Source: Camelus dromedarius
Taxonomy: Eukaryota
NCBI RefSeq assembly: GCF_036321535.1
Contig: NC_087447.1
Span: forward strand, 44,208,001 to 44,272,000
DNA length: 64,000 bases
Reading direction: 5' to 3'
The notes beneath the pieces are model-generated. The model was given only the letters and a program-made list of their open reading frames with translations. It was not told the origin of the DNA and did not search any database. Made by a program: the position numbers and the translations under genes. Position 1 is the stretch's first letter. Each line of letters opens with the position of its first letter. Positions 62,000 to 64,000 of this stretch are shown piece by piece.

Positions 62000-64000
62000 A
62001 AATTTTTTCTTTTCTGTTTTTTTGGTCAGGATAATACTGATCTTACATAATGAATTGGGAAGTGTGCCCTCCTCATATATTTTGAAAGGGGTTGAGAAGG
62101 ATTGGTATTGATTCTTTTTTAAATGTTTGATAGAATTCACCTGTGAAGCCATCTGGTCTTGGACTTTGTATTTTGAGAGGTTTTTGATTACTGATCGAAT
62201 CTCTTTGCTGGTAATTGGTCTGTATTTTCATGACTCAGTCTTGGTAGATTGTATGTTTCTAGAAATTTATCCTTTTTTCTGGGTTGTCCCATTTGTTGGC
62301 ACATTACTGTTTGTAGTAGTCTCTTTCATTTTCTGTATTTCTGTGGTATCAATTGTAACATCTCTAAGACCTAAACAAGAAATTCTCCAAGGAAGACATA
62401 CAAATGATCAATAGGCATATGAAAAAATGCTCAGTATCACTAATTATCAGAGAAATGCAAATCAAAACTATGATGAGGTATCACCTCACACCAGTCAGAA
62501 TGGCCATCATTCAAAAATCCACAAATGACAAATGCTGGAGAGGCTGTGGAGAAAGGGGAACCCTCCTACACTGCTGGTGGGAATGCAATTTGGTGCAACC
62601 ACTGTGGAAAACAGTATGGAGATTCCTCAAAAGACTAGGAATAGACTTACCATATGACCCAGGAATTCCACTCCTGGGCACAAATCCAAAAGGAACCCTA
62701 CTCCAAAATAACACCTGCACCCCAATGTTCATAGCAGCACTATTTACAATAGCCAAGACATGGAAACAGCCTAAATGTCCATCAACAGATGACTGGATAA
62801 AGAAGAAGTGGTATATTTATACAATGGAATACTATTCAGCCATAAAAACCGACAACATAATGCCATTTGCAGCAACATGAATGCTCCTGGAGAATGTCAT
62901 TCTAAGTGAAGTAAGCCAGAAAAAGAAAGAAAAACACCATATGAGATCACTCATATGTGGAATCTAAAAACAAACAAGCAAAGCATAAATACAAAACAGA
63001 AATAGACTCATAGACATAGAATACAAACTTGTGGTTGCCAAGGGGCCGGGGGGTGGGAAGGGATAGACTGGGATTTCAAAATTGTAGAGTAGATAAACAA
63101 GATTATACTGTATAGCACAGGGAAATATATACAAGATCTTATGGTATCTCACAGAGAATAACTGAAAAATTGTGCTCTACACTGGAATTTGACACAACAT
63201 TGTAAAATGATTATAAATCAATAAAAAATGTTAAAAAATTGTAACATCTCTTTCATTTCTGATTTTATCTATTAGAGTCCTCTCTCTTTTTTATTGGTGA
63301 GTCTAGCTAAAGGTTTACCAGTTTAATTTATCTTTTCAGGAAACCAACTCTTAGTTTCTTCGATCTTTTCTATTGTCTATTTTTCTGTATTTCATTTATT
63401 TCCACTTTGATCTTTGTTATTTCCTTCCTTCTAACTTCGGGCTTTATTTGTTCTTTTTCCAGATCTTTGAGGTGTAAAGTTAGGTTGTTTAGTTAGTTGA
63501 GGTCTTTCTTGTTTCTTCACATAGCCATGTATTGCTATGAACTTCCCACTTAGAACTTCTTTTGCTGCATTCCATAAGTTTTTTCTATGTTGTATTTCCA
63601 TTTCCATTTGTCTCTAGGCATTTTTTTATTTATCTTAATTTCTTTTTTGACCCAATGGTTGTTCAATATCATGGTGTTTAATTTCCACATATTTGTGAAT
63701 TGTCCAGTTTTCCTTTTGTAATTGGTTTCTAGTTTCATACCATTATGGTCAGAAAAGATGCTTGATATGATCTCAATCTTATTAAATTTATTAAGACTTG
63801 TTTTGTGCCCTAACACATGAAGTATCCTGGAGAATGTTCCAAGTGCCCTTGAGAAGAATGCGTATCCTATTGCTTTTGGATGGAATGTTCCATATTTGTG
63901 TAAGTCTATCTGGTCTAACATATCATTTAAGGCCCAGATTCCCTATTGATTTTCTACCTGGATGATCTATCCATTGATGAAATTAAGGTTATTAAAGTCC
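62000..64000 (-). mobile_element. Older L1 ORF2 (endonuclease-linker region), interrupted, runs off the window
   Basis: ORF 63550-63921 (FSRILHVLGHKTSLNKFNKIEIISSIFSDHNGMKLE) and 61970-62152 (EEGTLPNS). Confidence 0.92.
62366..63236 (+). mobile_element. Young 5'-truncated L1 nested in the older L1
   Basis: Open ORF2 C-terminus 62404-62880 ([18 protein letters not shown]); perfect 15-bp TSD aattgtaacatctct (62351-62365 / 63237-63251). Confidence 0.95.

Overview
Mammalian genomic DNA, most likely camelid (five Vic-1-like tRNA-derived SINEs; no Alu, Bov-A/tA, PRE-1, SINEC or B1/B2 recognised). The window is part of a class II olfactory receptor cluster whose gene order matches, in reverse, the human chr11p15.4 / mouse chr7 P2 cluster as I recall it: OR2D3 (-), OR2D2 (+, 1-bp frameshift in a C run near the 3' end), OR10A4 (-), OR10A2-like (-), OR10A5-like (-). 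The OR10A2-like and OR10A5-like genes sit in an old tandem duplication (~31.3-42.3 kb vs ~45.2-61.3 kb) whose flanks are strongly diverged but which contains three near-identical islands: the CDS, a ~0.65 kb putative 5' exon/promoter block, and a ~1 kb block. Each copy of that last block carries the 13-mer AACTTTTTAATGA known from the mouse H and P enhancers and the P3 promoter, plus clustered homeodomain and O/E-like sites. These look like the P element and P3 promoter equivalents, homogenised by gene conversion. Within the CDS pair, about half of all mismatches fall in one ~70 bp TM2 patch. The rest is mostly L1, L2, MIR, MaLR/ERV1 LTR and hAT remnants. I see no convincing wholly new gene system. 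Gene and repeat names come from recall, and identities are hand counts or visual estimates, not alignments.
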